Below are positions 62,325 through 64,000 of a DNA stretch of 64,000 nt, one piece after another. The stretch is taken from assembly GCA_904063045.1 (NCBI GenBank), contig CAJFCJ010000012.1, positions 1,674,001 to 1,738,000 of the forward strand, read 5' to 3'. The translations under genes and the position numbers were made by a program. Every line of letters begins with the position of its first letter. Within the stretch, counting starts at the first letter, position 1. This DNA is from Dimorphilus gyrociliatus. Taxonomy: Eukaryota; Animalia; Annelida. The notes beneath the pieces were generated by a model. The model ran no database searches. It worked only from the letters and a program-made list of their open reading frames with translations, and was not told the DNA's origin.

Positions 62325-64000
62325 ACTGATCTGTTATTGACGATAGTAGATTGCTAGGATGCTCAAGTGTATGCAATTAATTATTAAACATTATCATTTA
62401 TTATTTACACAGGAATTGGTAGTTGATTGAATTACACTATCACTTTTAATTTCGGATTTTAGAAAAAAAGAGGCATCAACGAAATAAAGTACTCGTTGAA
62501 TACTACAACAGCAGAATCGCAGTAAAAATAAAGTAATAAAATCGGAAAAAAATATTAGAAATATTAGTGCGAAACTATTAAACTAATATTTAACAAACAG
62601 TCCAGAAAAAGCAATATTGATTAATTATTTAATAAAGTAATAAGATATTATGATTTCAAAAATATAGCGGAAGTATTTATGAATAATCTGTCGTCTCTTA
62701 TGTCAGAAATCGTTACTTAAGAAGTCCTTTCAACTAGCTGAGCACCCATGCTGTCCTTTACAGAAAGTTGTGTTTAGCGTTCTCTTTAATCCATTACGTA
62801 ACACGCAAATTAACAAAAGTTAGTTTCGTGACAAGACTTAAAGGCGAATGATATTCAATGCATATTATTGCTTAATAGAATATATAGCTTGTCAAAAATT
62901 TAGAATAAATAGCAAAGGACGTAGTATATATTTTAAATATTTAAATAATCATCTAGTATAAACAGTAGAAACGTGATAACGGCCGTAAGATTCTTTTTGT
63001 AATAAATGACTCAATTATGATAGTGAAATATTATATTATGAAAATAAAAAAGAAAGACTGTTTTATGCGAAGAAAAAGCGTGTCTTCAGTAAAAAATATA
63101 GATAAAAAACTTGTATTGTGGATTGGTTGACTGATTAAGAACTCTGTTGAAATGCTTTCTGCAAAAGGAAGTAGGCTAATTAATTATCGTACATAAAATG
63201 TAAACGAGTCAAGGTAATTCAAACGTTCAATAACGTTCAATCTAGGGATCGTTTGTTTGTAAATAATATTTCGTTGCTATTGGAGACAGTGAGCGAGGTT
63301 ATAATAGTTGAAGTTACTAAATATAGATAGCGTCGATTGCAAAAATACTTGTTGAATGCTTTATTAGATGAAATTGCAACTTAGTAACTAAAATTCCCAG
63401 CGTTTCCATTTAATCACGATGTTTACATGTGTAGCCATAGTAATAGTAATTTGTACTCTTTATTTTCCTCTTCTGGCGATCATCAAACGATCTACCTGGC
63501 ACGTTAGTAAAGATAACAAAAATTGCGAGTAGAAGAGTTCCTTTTTAGTTGTCATTCAATATTTGTCATGAACATGTCATCAACAGCATGACACAATTTT
63601 CAACACGTGTCTAGAAAACATGTGATCTTGTATTAAATCATTAAATATCTGGTAGAATATAATAGTAAAAAATACGGTTTACGTTGCGTTACTTCGGTTA
63701 CTAGTAAACAAGAGTAGTATTTTGACGTTGCATTATAGAGATATACGCTTTGTGAAATGTATGATTAAAATTTATTAAAATGGAAAGACAAAATAAAAGA
63801 TTACACCCAAACACGTTAAAATTTAAAAAACAGTGAAAGAAAGGGGGAATAGAATTTATAGAAATACTGTCAAAAATATCTATATTTAGACTAATTATAT
63901 AGATGTTAAGACTGTCTACATAAGCACCGGTGATAAATTAACAAAACAAGCAAAAAACAAGAAAAAAAAACCAAATCAAAATAAACAAAAAACATATAAG

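Noticed and set aside
62400-64000. Terminal 1.6 kb checked for genes, tRNAs and transposon ends
   Set aside because: Only short ORFs and no cloverleaf, TIR or LTR evident. It may be intron or upstream DNA of a gene outside the window.
1-64000. CRISPR arrays, prokaryotic operons/defence systems, rRNA, tRNA or intact mobile elements
   Set aside because: The window is spliced animal DNA. I saw no spaced direct repeats, transposase/RT ORFs or structured RNA genes.

Overview
AT-rich eukaryotic (animal) DNA from a very compact genome. Most introns are about 50-70 nt and most intergenic gaps are 10-1000 bp. The gene set and intron size would fit a miniaturised invertebrate such as the annelid Dimorphilus gyrociliatus, but this is an inference. 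I reconstructed about 24 spliced protein-coding genes by hand. In order they are: a small orphan membrane protein, CAND1, SQSTM1/p62, a highly divergent TGF-beta ligand with Nodal-like exon structure, AMDHD2, RPL14, a type II CAX exchanger, a small orphan, COG5, TPST, a 761-aa orphan Cys-repeat/Ig membrane protein, a four-domain carboxypeptidase D, ILK, RRP8, GHDC, a membrane-anchored laccase-like multicopper oxidase, TMEM45, ATRX, NUFIP1, WDR61, TTC23, Hand, NUDT2 and COA5. The most interesting items are: (1) a cryptic Nodal-like ligand whose first intron carries a cluster of CAGAC Smad elements, suggesting a possible autoregulatory loop; (2) two minor-spliceosome (U12-type) introns, one with rare AT-AA ends; (3) a CPD whose first domain has lost catalytic residues; (4) a Hand gene with a 3-kb intron containing a BMP-response-like module; and (5) a possible cassette exon in ILK. 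I found no tRNA, rRNA, CRISPR array or intact transposon. All gene models are manual, without alignment or RNA data.
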